Shown here in pieces: positions 1-11,550 of a stretch of 64,000 nucleotides of DNA (positions are counted from its first letter, which is position 1; every line of letters starts with the position of its first letter). The notes under the pieces were generated by a model. It was given only the letters and a program-made list of their open reading frames with translations, was not told the DNA's origin and did not search any database. This DNA comes from Aquabacterium sp. (GTDB lineage: Bacteria; Pseudomonadota; Gammaproteobacteria; Burkholderiales; Burkholderiaceae_C), in assembly GCF_044226965.1 (NCBI RefSeq), contig NZ_JBGAGA010000021.1:21044-85043 (forward strand). The letters are read 5' to 3'. Made by a program: the position numbers and the translations under genes.

Positions 1-354
1 CGGCGGCTGCGACGGCAGACCGGCATCGGCCGCCGCATCGGCTGCGGTGCCGAGTGCCGCGCCCGGCGCGGCCTGGGCCCCGGCGCCGGCAACGGCCGAG
101 GCCACCGCGGAGGCCACGGCCGCGGTGCGCGCCGGCGTGGCGGCGGCGGCCGAGGCCACGGGTTCGATCATGCCGGCATCGATCAGCTGCTGCAGGTCGG
201 CCGGCGTGCTGCCGTTGACGAGCCGCACCCACTCTTCGCCAGGCTTCTGGCCATCGAGGATCAGCAACAGGTTGCGCGCCGGGCGTGACAGGGTCTGCGC
301 CCTGTCGCGGATGGCCTGTCGACCGGTTTCGGTTTTGACGTAGCGCGTGGTCAT
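1..354 (-). CDS. hypothetical protein, 5' part only (gene runs off the window start)
   Basis: ATG at 354 (minus strand) opens a frame with no stop down to base 1. It reads MTTRYVKTETGRQAIRDRAQTLSRPARNLLLILDGQKPGEEWVRLVNGSTPADLQQLIDAGMIEP, then an Ala-rich linker. Third codon positions are G/C-rich. It is absent from the ORF track because no stop lies in the window. No family recognised and no clear SD. Confidence 0.5.
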   Translation of the reverse strand, partial: MTTRYVKTETGRQAIRDRAQTLSRPARNLLLILDGQKPGEEWVRLVNGSTPADLQQLIDAGMIEPVASAAAATPARTAAVASAVASAVAGAGAQAAPGAALGTAADAAADAGLPSQPP

Positions 355-390
355 GCTGCTGGGGCCGTGCGACGGACGCGGGGCGCTGGG

Positions 391-2067
<1,677 letters not shown>

Positions 2068-2195
2068 CAATCGCTCCGTTCCTGGGGGCGGATTCTGACC
2101 GAGGGCTGACAGCGGGACGATCAGGGCATTCGATAGCCGGCGACCTCCGCGGCGCGCAGGGCGATTCCTACAATCGCGACGAACCTCCGCCGCCG

Positions 2196-5066
2196 ATGAC
2201 CGACGCCCTCGACACCGCTGGCCGCAGCACACCCGCCCCGGCACGCGCACGCTGGCAGCTGCGCCTGCTGGGCGACGTGGCCTTGCGCGAGGCCGCGCAA
2301 GCACCGGTGCGCCTGCCCAGCCGTGCCGCCGCGGCCTTGCTGGCACGCCTGGGCCTGGCCCCGCAGCGGGCCCACGCACGCGAGGAACTGATCGAGCTGC
2401 TGTGGCCAGGGGTCGCCCTCGATGTCGGCCGCAACCGGCTGCGGCAGGTCTTGTCGACGCTCAAGAGCCTGCTCGAGCACCCCGGCCAGGCCGGCGCGCC
2501 AGTGCTGCAGGCCGACCGCCAGGCGCTGCGGCTCACGCCCGATGCGCTGCACTGCGACGTGCCGGCCTTCGAGGCCGCGCTGCGCCAGGGTCGCTGGGCC
2601 GAGGCGCGTGCGCTGTACCGTGGCGAGCTGATGCCGGGCTTCTTCGACGAATGGATCGTCGACGAGCGCACGCGGCTGGCCGCGCTGGCCGATCGCCTCG
2701 ACGAGCGGCTCGCGGCGGGCCCGGGCCTGGTGGCCGCGCTGCCATCCACCACGCCCTCCACCACGCCGACCCCACCGCTGCCCGAACCCCTGCCGACGTC
2801 GCCGCAGGCCGCCGCGGAAGCCCCCGGCAGCCGCCACCTGCCGCGCTACCTGACGCCCCTGCACGGCGCCGACGAGGTCGGGGCCCGCCTGCGCGCGGAG
2901 CTGCTGCAGCACCGCCTGGTCACCGTGCTCGGCCCCGGCGGCCACGGCAAGACCCGGCTGGCGGTGGAAGTGGCGCGCACGCTGGCCGAGGGCGGGGCCT
3001 GGCCCGCGCCGGCGCAGGCCGAGGGCTTCGACTACGTCGCCTTCGTGCCGCTGGTGGGCTGCACCAGCCGCGAGGCGATGCTCGATGCGATGCTGCTGGC
3101 GCTGCAGCAGGAGGGCCGCTCCGGTGAGCCGTTAGAGCGCCTGGCCACGCTGCTCACGGGCCGCCGTGCGCTGCTGCTGCTGGACAACGCCGAGCAGCTG
3201 GCCGACAGCGCCGCCCCGGTGGTGGCCGCGCTGCTCGAACGCCACGCCGGGCTGCGCCTGCTGGTGACCTCGCGCCGCGTGCTGGGCGTCGATGGCGAAC
3301 GCGAGTTCGTGCTGCCGCCACTGCCGCTGCCCGGCCCCGACAGCAGCGAGGCCGAGGCGGCGCTGAACCCGGCGGTGGCGCTGTTCGTCGACCGCGCCCG
3401 GGCCGCGCGGGCCGACTTCCACCTCAGCAGCCGCAACCGCGAGGCCGTGATCGCGCTGGTGCGCCGGCTCGAAGGCATGCCGCTGGCCATCGAGCTCGCG
3501 GCCAGCCGCGTGCGCAGCCTGCCGCCGGCGCAGCTGCTGGCACAGATCGAGGCCGCCGGCAGCGGCCCGCAGCTGGACGCGCTGATGCTGCTGTCGCGCA
3601 GCGGCCCGCGCGGCGGCAGCGACCCGCGCCATGCCTCGATGCTGTCGGTGGTGCAGTGGAGCTGGCAGCTGCTGTCGCCCGCGGCGCAGGCGCTGCTCGG
3701 GCGGCTGTCGGTGTTCGCCGGCGGCTTCACGCTCGACGCAGCCGAAGCCGTGTGCCGCGACGCCGGCGACGCGCCGGTGGCCCTGGCGCTGGACGAGCTG
3801 GTCGCGCAATCGATGCTGCGCAGCGTGGCGGGACCGGACAGCGCACAGGCCCGCTACGAGCCCTTCGAGCTGATCCGCCTGTTCGCCGCGGCGATGCTGC
3901 CGGCAGCCGACGCCGCCCCGCGCCGCGCGCGCCACCGGGACTGGGTCATCGCGTGGGCCCGCAACCTGGCCCTCGATGCCCCGCTGGCCGCGCTGCGCGA
4001 CGAACTCGCCAACCTCGGCGCCGCACTGGCCAGCGCACGCGCCGACGGCGCGGCCGACGATGCCGCCGCGCTGGCCGGGGCGCTCACGGGCCCGCTGGTC
4101 GACCTGGCGCTGCCACCAGGCGCCCTGCGCGCCCTGGCCGAGAGCGCGGCGCTGATGAGCCAGGCCGAGGCGCGCGCGGTGACGCGGGCCTACCTGGCGC
4201 GCGCGCTGTTCCGCGGCGGCGATCCGCAGCGCGCCGCGGTGCAGGCCGACCAGGCCTGGGCCGAGCTGCCGCCGGCCGGCCTGCCGCGCGCGCAGGTGCT
4301 GGCGCGGCTGGCCCACGTGCGCTGGCGGCTGCAGCGCGACGCCGCGGCCGACGACTGGCTGGTCGAGGCGCTGGCGCTGGCCGAAGCCGCGCTGGCGGCA
4401 GCCAGCAGCCCGGCGCAGCGCGCGGCCACGCAGTCGCTGCAGGCCAGCATCCTGGCCACGCGCGGCGCCATTGCCCGCACGCGCGACGCGGCAGCCGCCA
4501 TCGCGCTGCAGCGCCGCTCGCTGGCCCTGTGGACGGCCGCCGGCGACGTGCACGGCATGAACACCGGCCGCGTCAATCTGGCGATAGCACTGGCGGCCAG
4601 CACGGTCGGCTGCGACGAGGCGCTGGCGCTGCTGGACGAGGCCATCGCCAGCACCCGCGGCCACGGCGACTGGCAGCAGGCCGGCCAGGCGCTCAACGCC
4701 CGCGGCGAAGCGCTGTGCCGGCTGCGCCGCTGGCCCGAGGCCGCGCAGGCCTACCGCGACTGCATCCGCATCGCCTACGCGCTGCCCGACCCCCTGCTGC
4801 TGACCTACGGCCTGTGGAACCTGCCGCGCGCGCTGGCCCACCTGCGCCAGCCCGAGGCGGCGACGCGGCTGATGGCCTTCGCCGAGACCCAGGCGCTGCT
4901 GTACTGGGGCCGGCTCGGCCGCGGCGACCGCCACGACCTGCGCCGGCTGCAGCGCCTGTGCCAACATCCAAAAGACGCGGCACTGGTCGCGCAGGCCCGG
5001 CGTGAGGGCGCGACGCTGAAGCTCGGCGAGGCGGTGCGGCTGGCGCTGGACGATCGCGCCGGCTGA
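2196..5066 (+). CDS. SARP/AfsR-like regulator: OmpR-type winged-helix + BTAD + NB-ARC P-loop NTPase + TPR-like C-terminus (STAND architecture)
   Basis: The N-terminus RWQLRLLGDVALRE...LLARLGL...REELIELLWPG...NRLRQVLSTLKSLL is SARP DNA-binding-like. It is followed by a BTAD-like stretch, CDVPAFEAALRQGRWAEARALYRGELMPGFFDEWIVDERTRL. Walker A is LGPGGHGKTRLA and Walker B-like is RRALLLLDNAEQL. The C-terminal half is long and Ala/Leu-rich with helical repeats. Confidence 0.85.
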   Translation: MTDALDTAGRSTPAPARARWQLRLLGDVALREAAQAPVRLPSRAAAALLARLGLAPQRAHAREELIELLWPGVALDVGRNRLRQVLSTLKSLLEHPGQAGAPVLQADRQALRLTPDALHCDVPAFEAALRQGRWAEARALYRGELMPGFFDEWIVDERTRLAALADRLDERLAAGPGLVAALPSTTPSTTPTPPLPEPLPTSPQAAAEAPGSRHLPRYLTPLHGADEVGARLRAELLQHRLVTVLGPGGHGKTRLAVEVARTLAEGGAWPAPAQAEGFDYVAFVPLVGCTSREAMLDAMLLALQQEGRSGEPLERLATLLTGRRALLLLDNAEQLADSAAPVVAALLERHAGLRLLVTSRRVLGVDGEREFVLPPLPLPGPDSSEAEAALNPAVALFVDRARAARADFHLSSRNREAVIALVRRLEGMPLAIELAASRVRSLPPAQLLAQIEAAGSGPQLDALMLLSRSGPRGGSDPRHASMLSVVQWSWQLLSPAAQALLGRLSVFAGGFTLDAAEAVCRDAGDAPVALALDELVAQSMLRSVAGPDSAQARYEPFELIRLFAAAMLPAADAAPRRARHRDWVIAWARNLALDAPLAALRDELANLGAALASARADGAADDAAALAGALTGPLVDLALPPGALRALAESAALMSQAEARAVTRAYLARALFRGGDPQRAAVQADQAWAELPPAGLPRAQVLARLAHVRWRLQRDAAADDWLVEALALAEAALAAASSPAQRAATQSLQASILATRGAIARTRDAAAAIALQRRSLALWTAAGDVHGMNTGRVNLAIALAASTVGCDEALALLDEAIASTRGHGDWQQAGQALNARGEALCRLRRWPEAAQAYRDCIRIAYALPDPLLLTYGLWNLPRALAHLRQPEAATRLMAFAETQALLYWGRLGRGDRHDLRRLQRLCQHPKDAALVAQARREGATLKLGEAVRLALDDRAG

Positions 5067-5104
5067 CGCGCCCCCTCGATCGGGGGGGTTCCGGCGCCGC
5101 AGCG

Positions 5105-5132
5105 CTAACGCGCACCTAACGGTCGTCTAACG
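5105..5132 (+). promoter_or_regulatory. three direct CTAACG repeats at exact 11-bp phasing (candidate SARP-type operator)
   Basis: CTAACG occurs at 5105-5110, 5116-5121 and 5127-5132 (CTAACGcgcacCTAACGgtcgtCTAACG). This is 39 bp after the regulator stop and 65 bp before the ATG at 5197. A weak -10-like GACAGT lies at 5142-5147. Confidence 0.4.
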
Positions 5133-5196
5133 GCCGCTGGCGACAGTGCAGCCATCGACACAGCGATGCCGTCGTTGGACAGCAGAAAGGCCCGCC

Positions 5197-5682
5197 ATGC
5201 ACACCACCGCCCTCCACGCCCCGGAGTTCCAGGACACCGCCGCCGGCGTCACCCGGCCGATGCCGGCGCCCGGGCTCGACGACGACGACGAGGCCACCAG
5301 CAGCTGGACTCGCGAGCAGTCGTTCAGCACCCAGCTGAGCTTCGCGCTGCAGCGGCCGGAAGGCGCCGGGCGCGCAGCCGCGCCGCTGCCCGCGCCGGCC
5401 GGCCTCGGCCAGGCCGAGCGCATCGCCGGCACCTACACCGTCAGCTACAACGCCGCCAGCGGGCTGCTGGCGCTGTCAGGCATCCTGAACGTCGACGGCA
5501 GCACCTACTTCATCGACGACCAGCTGATGATCGACCAGGCCTCCAGCTACGACAGCTTCGTGCAGGGCGACCGGCTGGTAGCCTGGTCGGTCTCCGGCCT
5601 GCCCGAGCAGGGCCCGGGGCTCAAGCTGCTGGCCGGGCTGGCGGTGATGGCCCACCTGGGGCTGAAGCCGCAGCGGGGCTGA
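5197..5682 (+). CDS. hypothetical protein (161 aa)
   Basis: ATG at 5197 is preceded by AGAAAGG at 5184-5190. The translation is MHTTALHAPEFQDTAAGV...TYTVSYNAASGLLALSGILNVDGSTYFIDDQLMIDQASSYDSFVQGDRLVAWSV. Third positions are G/C-rich. No family recognised. Confidence 0.5.
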   Translation: MHTTALHAPEFQDTAAGVTRPMPAPGLDDDDEATSSWTREQSFSTQLSFALQRPEGAGRAAAPLPAPAGLGQAERIAGTYTVSYNAASGLLALSGILNVDGSTYFIDDQLMIDQASSYDSFVQGDRLVAWSVSGLPEQGPGLKLLAGLAVMAHLGLKPQRG

Positions 5683-5813
5683 AACGTCCGGCAGAGCGCT
5701 CGAGCGTGCAACGCCTTCACCACATCGGCAGCGATATGGCCAACGAGGCGCTCGGTCCTAGGCGGGTTGGGCGCAACCGCGGCACCAATGATCAGGAACG
5801 GAGCATTGCCAGA

Positions 5814-8057
5814 TCAGGCGCCCAGGTAGGGTAGGCCGGTGTCGTGCAGACCAGCCAATCCGATGTTGTTGGCATTCAGATCCAACAGTGCGGCCATCTG
5901 GGCCAGCGACACGGCATCGTAGGCTCCTCGTAGGAGTTCACCGGTCCAATAGCTCTGCTCGGAAGCATCTGCCGACCGGCCAAGCACATTGCGATAGAGC
6001 AGATTCACCTCGGCCGCTGGTGCGTATCCCGGACCCAATGCCGACTCCAGCGCCATCTGCATCAGCCGGTCGCTTGACATGCCTGCATCCAGCAGGTCCA
6101 GCCCAATGCCGACATAGCTCTTGTTGGCGACGGCCTCCTTGCCAAAGACCGCGCCAAGATAGCGCGCCACGGTACCGGCAGAACCATCGATGTCGTACGC
6201 GATCGATACGTCGCTGAACTTCACTCGCTCGATCTGTTCCAGATAGTCACTGCCATCGCGAACGGAAGCGACCGTGGCAGCACGCGCACTCACTTGATAC
6301 TCCGAACGTGGGCCGGTGTACACCACGGTGTCGATGTCGGCCCCGCCCACGAGCCTGTCGGTACCGCCCCCTCCTTGCAACCGGTCACGCCCACCCAGAC
6401 CATCGATTACCTCGCCGGCACTCGTGCCGATGAGCACGTCGGGTCCATCGGTGCCTCGGATCCACTCAGGGCCGTTCAATACCCGAATCGTCCACGATTG
6501 AGAGTCGCTGCCGCCGTGACCATCGCTCACCGCGACGATCACCTCGTAGTCGTTGTCCTTGTTCGCATCGCCCGGCGCTTCAAAGTCCGGCGCCCGTGCG
6601 AACGAAAGGCGACCAGTGGCCGCATCGACACGAAACAGAGCTCGATCCGCCCCGCCCGTGATCGAGAACGAAAGCGGGTCGCCGTCATTGTCTTTGGCGA
6701 CCAAGGTGGTGACGTCCAGCGCGTCCTCGGTGATGGCCGTCGAAGGATTCTCCTGCCCGGCGAAACTCGTGATGAACGGCGGTGTGTTGGCGCCGGCTCC
6801 GGCACCGAAGCGCGTATCAAGACTGCCATCGGCATTCAGTCGAACCAAGGCGAAGTCAGTGAAGGATCCCAACTCTGCGGCGCATCCAGCCAGGAGGATC
6901 TTTCCGTTGTCGAGGACAGTGATCGCGGAAATCGAGTCGGTGGAGCCCTGAAAATCGATTGTCAGCTTGCCATCGCCCGAAAAGGTGGTGTCCAGCGAAC
7001 CATTGGGCAGGTAGCGGGCGATTGCCATGTTTTCGCTCTTGGCATCCCTGCTCACACCGCCCACCACAATCTTGCCGTCGGATTGAATCGCGACGCAAGT
7101 TGCCTGATCCAAGCCCCCACCGAAATCCGTGGTCAGTTTGCCGTCCCCCGAGAAACTCGCATCAGGGCTGCCATCGCGATTGAAACGACAGACGGCGAAA
7201 TCACTGCCGGCATTGGCCGGGCCACCAGACCCCACGACAAGGATCTTCCCGTCGGGCTGAATCGCGACGGAATAGCCAGTACCTGTGGAGTAGTCACCCC
7301 CAAAGGCAATTAAGGCCAAGCCATCGTCGGAAAAGCTGCTGTCTGGCGTGCCATCCGCATTGAGTCTCGCAACCAGGAGGTCTCGACGGTTCGACAAATC
7401 CACCCCACCGACGACGACGATCTTGCCGTCTGGTAGCAGCGTCACGTCGTTGGCAAAGGCGTAGTTCGACCCTGCGGCGTCAATCCGTTGACGACCACCA
7501 GAGCCAAAGCTTGTATCGAATCGAAAGTCCGGTCCCACTCGACTGACTTCGATCTGAGACTGTCCGGTCGGATGGACGTCTCCGACAATGACAAGTCCCC
7601 CGTCGGGGCTGGCAACCACTGCTTCGACTTGTGTATCGCTCTTTCCATCGTCCAACGAAGCCATGCCATCAGCAGATAAGGCTGGATTCAGAACGCCGCT
7701 GGCGGTGTACTGAGCTGCCACCAGGTACGTTCGCCCATTCTGGTTGGGCAGGCCCACGTGGTACTCCGAACCCGTTACGAGAAATCCGCCGTCGCTCAGC
7801 AGGTGGACACTTTCGCCCATGGAGGACGAACCGCCGAAGTTTGTGGTCAGGGCGCCGTCTCCGGAGAAGCTCGTGTCCGGCAAACCGTCGGCGGTGTAGC
7901 AAGCGACAGCCGCCACATTGTTTTTGGACACATAGGCAGTTCCGACTGCAACGATGCGGCCATCGCTTAAGGTCAATATCTCTGAAATCCCTCCGCTGGC
8001 CCCGTCAACGGCGGTGAGGACCATGCCGGGGAAGAACTTCGTCGTGGAGTCAGTCAT
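5814..8057 (-). CDS. large repeat protein: ~7-8 delta-60-type beta-propeller repeats + cadherin-like domain + RTX Ca-binding repeats + DUF4214-like C-terminus
   Basis: Repeated units such as DTSFSGDGKLTTDFGG...AIQSDGKIVVGG and RLNADGSLDTRFG resemble the delta-60 repeat. A cadherin-like stretch follows: DNDGDPLSFSITGGADRALFRVDAATGRLSF...DYEVIVAVSDGHGGSD. Then GTDGPDVLIGTSAGEVIDGLGGRDRLQGGGGTDRLVGGADID is RTX-like, and LLYRNVLGRSADASEQSYWTGEL is DUF4214-like. No N-terminal signal peptide and no obvious SD. Confidence 0.85.
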   Translation of the reverse strand: MTDSTTKFFPGMVLTAVDGASGGISEILTLSDGRIVAVGTAYVSKNNVAAVACYTADGLPDTSFSGDGALTTNFGGSSSMGESVHLLSDGGFLVTGSEYHVGLPNQNGRTYLVAAQYTASGVLNPALSADGMASLDDGKSDTQVEAVVASPDGGLVIVGDVHPTGQSQIEVSRVGPDFRFDTSFGSGGRQRIDAAGSNYAFANDVTLLPDGKIVVVGGVDLSNRRDLLVARLNADGTPDSSFSDDGLALIAFGGDYSTGTGYSVAIQPDGKILVVGSGGPANAGSDFAVCRFNRDGSPDASFSGDGKLTTDFGGGLDQATCVAIQSDGKIVVGGVSRDAKSENMAIARYLPNGSLDTTFSGDGKLTIDFQGSTDSISAITVLDNGKILLAGCAAELGSFTDFALVRLNADGSLDTRFGAGAGANTPPFITSFAGQENPSTAITEDALDVTTLVAKDNDGDPLSFSITGGADRALFRVDAATGRLSFARAPDFEAPGDANKDNDYEVIVAVSDGHGGSDSQSWTIRVLNGPEWIRGTDGPDVLIGTSAGEVIDGLGGRDRLQGGGGTDRLVGGADIDTVVYTGPRSEYQVSARAATVASVRDGSDYLEQIERVKFSDVSIAYDIDGSAGTVARYLGAVFGKEAVANKSYVGIGLDLLDAGMSSDRLMQMALESALGPGYAPAAEVNLLYRNVLGRSADASEQSYWTGELLRGAYDAVSLAQMAALLDLNANNIGLAGLHDTGLPYLGA

Positions 8058-8420
8058 GGAGGCGTTGTCGTCTGCATGGGACGACGCACGGAAGCGAAAG
8101 AGCGCGGGATCCTAGCAACGGCGCCGACATCGCCATCGCGGATACGGCACAGCCATCGCAAAATTGCCAATGCGCCCCCCCATTGCGGGGGTTTCGCCCC
8201 GCCGACCTGCCGACCAAGGTGTGCCGACTCGCCAACGCCGGGGCTGATTCAGGGCCAGACAGCCAGCCGAGTAGCCCTTGCTGCCGTGCACGAAGTGCCA
8301 CGAGAACACCGGCAAGGCCGCGACGCCCTGTACGTGATCGAGCGCCGCGCAAGGCTCGCCGGAGGTCGACCTCACGGTGCCGCCTGATGCGGCAAACGCT
8401 GACGAGAACGACTTGGCCGC

Positions 8421-9836
8421 TCAGCCCCGCAACGCCGCCAGCACCTCGTCGAGCATCTTCTTCGCGTCGCCGAACAGCATGCGGTTGTTGTCCTTGTAGA
8501 ACAACGGGTTGTCCACCCCCGCGTAGCCGGAGGCCATGCTGCGCTTCATCACGATCGAGGTCTTGGCCTTCCACACCTCGAGCACCGGCATGCCGGCAAT
8601 CGGACTGCCGGGGTCGTCCTGCGCGGCCGGGTTCACGATGTCGTTGGCGCCGATGACCATCGAGACGTCCGTGTCCGGGAAGTCCTCGTTGATCTCGTCC
8701 ATCTCCATCACGATGTCGTAGGGCACCTTGGCCTCGGCCAGCAGCACGTTCATGTGGCCGGGCATGCGGCCGGCCACCGGGTGGATGCCGAAGCGCACGT
8801 TGACGCCCTTCTCGCGCAGCAGCTTGGTGATCTCGAACACCGTGTGCTGGGCCTGCGCCACCGCCATGCCGTAGCCGGGCACGATGATCACGTTCTTGGC
8901 TTCGCGCAGCATCTCGGCGGTTTCCACCGCGCTGACCGGCGTCACCTCGCCCTGCGGCTCGGCCGCGGCACCGCCGCCCGCGGCCGGAGCCGGTGCACCG
9001 CCGCCGAAGCCGCCGGCGATCACGCTGATGAAGTTGCGGTTCATCGCGCGGCACATGATGTAGGAGAGGATCGCGCCCGACGAACCGACGAGCGCGCCGA
9101 CGACGATCAGCAGGTCGTTGCTCAGCATGAAGCCGGTGGCCGCGGCGGCCCAGCCGGAGTAGCTGTTGAGCATCGACACCACCACCGGCATGTCGGCGCC
9201 GCCGATGGCCATCACCATGTGCACGCCGAACAGCAGCGCGATCACGGTCATCACGATCAGCGGGGTCATGCCGTCCTGCATGTCGTGCGCGTTGAGGAAC
9301 GCGCGGCCGAACCAGATCACGACCAGCAGCCCCGTCAGGTTGAGCCAGTGGCGCGCCGGCAGCAGCAGCGGCTTGCCGCCGATGCGGCCCGAGAGCTTGC
9401 CGAACGCGATGATCGAGCCCGAGAAGGTGACCGCGCCGATCAGGATGCCGACGTAGATCTCGACCTCGTGGATGGCCTTCTCGGCGCCGCTGAACTGCAC
9501 CGAGGTGTCGACGTAGCTGGCAAAGCCCACCAGGCAGGCCGCCAGGCCCACCAGGCTGTGCATCAGCGCGACGAGCTCGGGCATCTGCGTCATCTGCACC
9601 TTCTTCGCCGCGATGACGCCGACGGCGCCGCCGACGGCCAGCGCGCCGATGATCCACGGGATGCCCGCCGGCGTGACGCGCGGCCCCAGCACGGTGGCCA
9701 GCACCGCGATGGTCATGCCGATCATGCCGAACAGGTTGCCGCGGCGCGCGGTCTCGGGGTTCGAGAGTCCGCCCAGGCTGAGGATGAAGAGGATGGTCGC
9801 GCCGATGTAGGCGACGGTGGCCAGGCTTGCGGTCAT
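8421..9836 (-). CDS. pntB: NAD(P) transhydrogenase subunit beta
   Basis: [34 protein letters not shown]..., a multi-TM N-terminal half and a C-terminal dIII with [11 protein letters not shown]...NVLLAEA. It lies 22 nt downstream of pntA. Confidence 0.95.
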   Translation of the reverse strand: MTASLATVAYIGATILFILSLGGLSNPETARRGNLFGMIGMTIAVLATVLGPRVTPAGIPWIIGALAVGGAVGVIAAKKVQMTQMPELVALMHSLVGLAACLVGFASYVDTSVQFSGAEKAIHEVEIYVGILIGAVTFSGSIIAFGKLSGRIGGKPLLLPARHWLNLTGLLVVIWFGRAFLNAHDMQDGMTPLIVMTVIALLFGVHMVMAIGGADMPVVVSMLNSYSGWAAAATGFMLSNDLLIVVGALVGSSGAILSYIMCRAMNRNFISVIAGGFGGGAPAPAAGGGAAAEPQGEVTPVSAVETAEMLREAKNVIIVPGYGMAVAQAQHTVFEITKLLREKGVNVRFGIHPVAGRMPGHMNVLLAEAKVPYDIVMEMDEINEDFPDTDVSMVIGANDIVNPAAQDDPGSPIAGMPVLEVWKAKTSIVMKRSMASGYAGVDNPLFYKDNNRMLFGDAKKMLDEVLAALRG

Positions 9837-9858
9837 GTCCGTGTCCTTGTTGTTGTTC

Positions 9859-11445
9859 TCACTTGCGGAACATCGCCAGCATGCGCCGGGTGACCGCGAA
9901 GCCGCCGAACATGTTGACCGCCGTCAGCACCAGCGCGACGACGGCCAGCCCGAGGATCAGGCTGTTGGGCCGGTTGGCCGCGCCCGAGGCATCCAGTGGC
10001 GGCGCCACCTGCACCAGCGCGCCGATCGCGATGATCGAGGAGATCGCGTTGGTCACGCTCATCAGCGGCGTGTGCAGCGAAGGCGTGACGTTCCACACCA
10101 CCATGTAGCCGACGAAGCAGGCCAGCACGAACACCGTGAAGTGCGACAGGAAGGTGGCCGGCGCGTACAGGCCCACCAGCAGGAACAGCACCGCGCCAAT
10201 GCCGAACACCGTGGCCAGCGACTGCGCCGACATCGGCTCGCCGGCGCCATGGCCGTGGCCCTTGGGCGCCGGGGCGGCCACCGCCTTGGGCTTGGGCGGC
10301 GCGGCCGGCAGCTTGGGCGGCGGCGCGGGCCAGGTGACCGCGCCGTCCTTGATGACGGTGAGGCCGCGGATCGCGTCGTCGTCGAAGTTGACGTTGACCG
10401 TGCCGTCCTTGGTCTTGCACAGCTCCTCGGTCACGCGCAGCAGGTTGGTCGAGTACAGCGTCGACGACTGCTTGGCCAGCCGGCTCACCAGGTCGGTGTA
10501 GCCGATGATGGTGACGCCGTGGCGCACCACCGCCTCGCCGGGCACGGTGAGTTCGCAGTTGCCGCCCTGCTCGCCGGCCATGTCGACGATCACGCTGCCG
10601 GGCTTCATGCTCTGCACCATCTCGGCGGTGATCAGCTTGGGCGCGGGCTTGCCCGGGATCAGCGCGGTGGTGATGATGATGTCGGCGTCCTTGGCCTGCT
10701 GCGCGTACATGGCGCGCTGCGCGGCCTGGAAGCCTTCGCTCATCACCTTGGCGTAGCCGCCGCCGCCCGAGCCTTCTTCCTCGTAGTCGACCTTGACGAA
10801 CTCGCCGCCGAGCGACACCACCTGGTCGGCCACCTCGGCGCGGGTGTCGTTGGCGCGCACGATGGCGCCCAGGTTGGCCGCGGTGCCGATGGCCGCGAGG
10901 CCGGCCACGCCGGCGCCCGCGATGAACACCTTGGCCGGCGGGATCTTGCCGGCGGCGGTGATCTGGCCGTTGAAGAAGCGGCCGAAGGCATTGGCTGCCT
11001 CGATGACCGCGCGGTAGCCGCTGATGCCGGCCATCGAGGTCAGCGCGTCCATCTTCTGCGCACGCGACAGCTGGCGCGGCAGCGCGTCGATGGCCAGCAC
11101 GGTGGCCTTCTTCGCAGCCAGCTGCTGCATCAGCTCGGGGTTCTGCGCCGGCCAGATGAAGCTCAGCAGCATGCCGCCTTCGCGCATCAGCGCCACTTCG
11201 TCGGCGCTGGGCGCCCGCACCTTGAAGACGATGTCCGCGGCGGCCCACAGCGCTGCGGCATTCGGCAGCACCTCGGCGCCGGCGGCGCGGTAGCTCTCGT
11301 CATCGAAGTTCGCGGCATCGCCGGCACCGCTTTCGACGGCGACCGAGAAGCCCAGCTTGATCAGCTTCTGCACCACGTCGGGCACGGTGGCGACGCGTTT
11401 TTCGCCCGCGGCCGTTTCCCTCGGAACGCCGATACGCAATGCCAT
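9859..11445 (-). CDS. pntA: NAD(P) transhydrogenase subunit alpha (fused dI + membrane part)
   Basis: Track ORF 9859..11544 trimmed to ATG at 11445 ([19 protein letters not shown]...). It has an alanine-dehydrogenase-like dI with [13 protein letters not shown], a Pro/Ala linker and then a 4-TM segment. Confidence 0.95.
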   Translation of the reverse strand: MALRIGVPRETAAGEKRVATVPDVVQKLIKLGFSVAVESGAGDAANFDDESYRAAGAEVLPNAAALWAAADIVFKVRAPSADEVALMREGGMLLSFIWPAQNPELMQQLAAKKATVLAIDALPRQLSRAQKMDALTSMAGISGYRAVIEAANAFGRFFNGQITAAGKIPPAKVFIAGAGVAGLAAIGTAANLGAIVRANDTRAEVADQVVSLGGEFVKVDYEEEGSGGGGYAKVMSEGFQAAQRAMYAQQAKDADIIITTALIPGKPAPKLITAEMVQSMKPGSVIVDMAGEQGGNCELTVPGEAVVRHGVTIIGYTDLVSRLAKQSSTLYSTNLLRVTEELCKTKDGTVNVNFDDDAIRGLTVIKDGAVTWPAPPPKLPAAPPKPKAVAAPAPKGHGHGAGEPMSAQSLATVFGIGAVLFLLVGLYAPATFLSHFTVFVLACFVGYMVVWNVTPSLHTPLMSVTNAISSIIAIGALVQVAPPLDASGAANRPNSLILGLAVVALVLTAVNMFGGFAVTRRMLAMFRK

Positions 11446-11550
11446 GACTGCAACTCCTCTTGTGATTCGTGCCGGCCCCGCGCGCGGAGGGCCGATTCCT
11501 TGCAGAAAGCTTACCCGAGTTCCCCGGTGATCCACCGATAACATCGGCGA

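Noticed and set aside
5146-5196. An upstream ATG at 5146 as the start of the small hypothetical gene.
   Set aside because: The 17 extra codons (MQPSTQRCRRWTAERPA) are Arg-rich and lack an SD, whereas ATG 5197 follows AGAAAGG. The downstream start is preferred but not proven.
8112-8375. An 87-aa ORF on the minus strand in the odd-composition spacer between the repeat-protein gene and pntB (GEPCAALDHVQGVAALPVFSWHFVHGSKGYSAG...). A short C5/G5 hairpin lies near 8180-8200.
   Set aside because: The first half looks faintly protein-like, but I recognise no family. The rest is Arg/Trp-rich junk with no SD. It may be a remnant of something lost with the islet, but that cannot be supported from sequence alone.
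5683-8420. The lower-GC islet as a prophage or IS-borne element.
   Set aside because: I recognised no integrase, transposase, tRNA attachment site or terminal inverted repeats. Only the compositional shift and the gene content support foreign origin.
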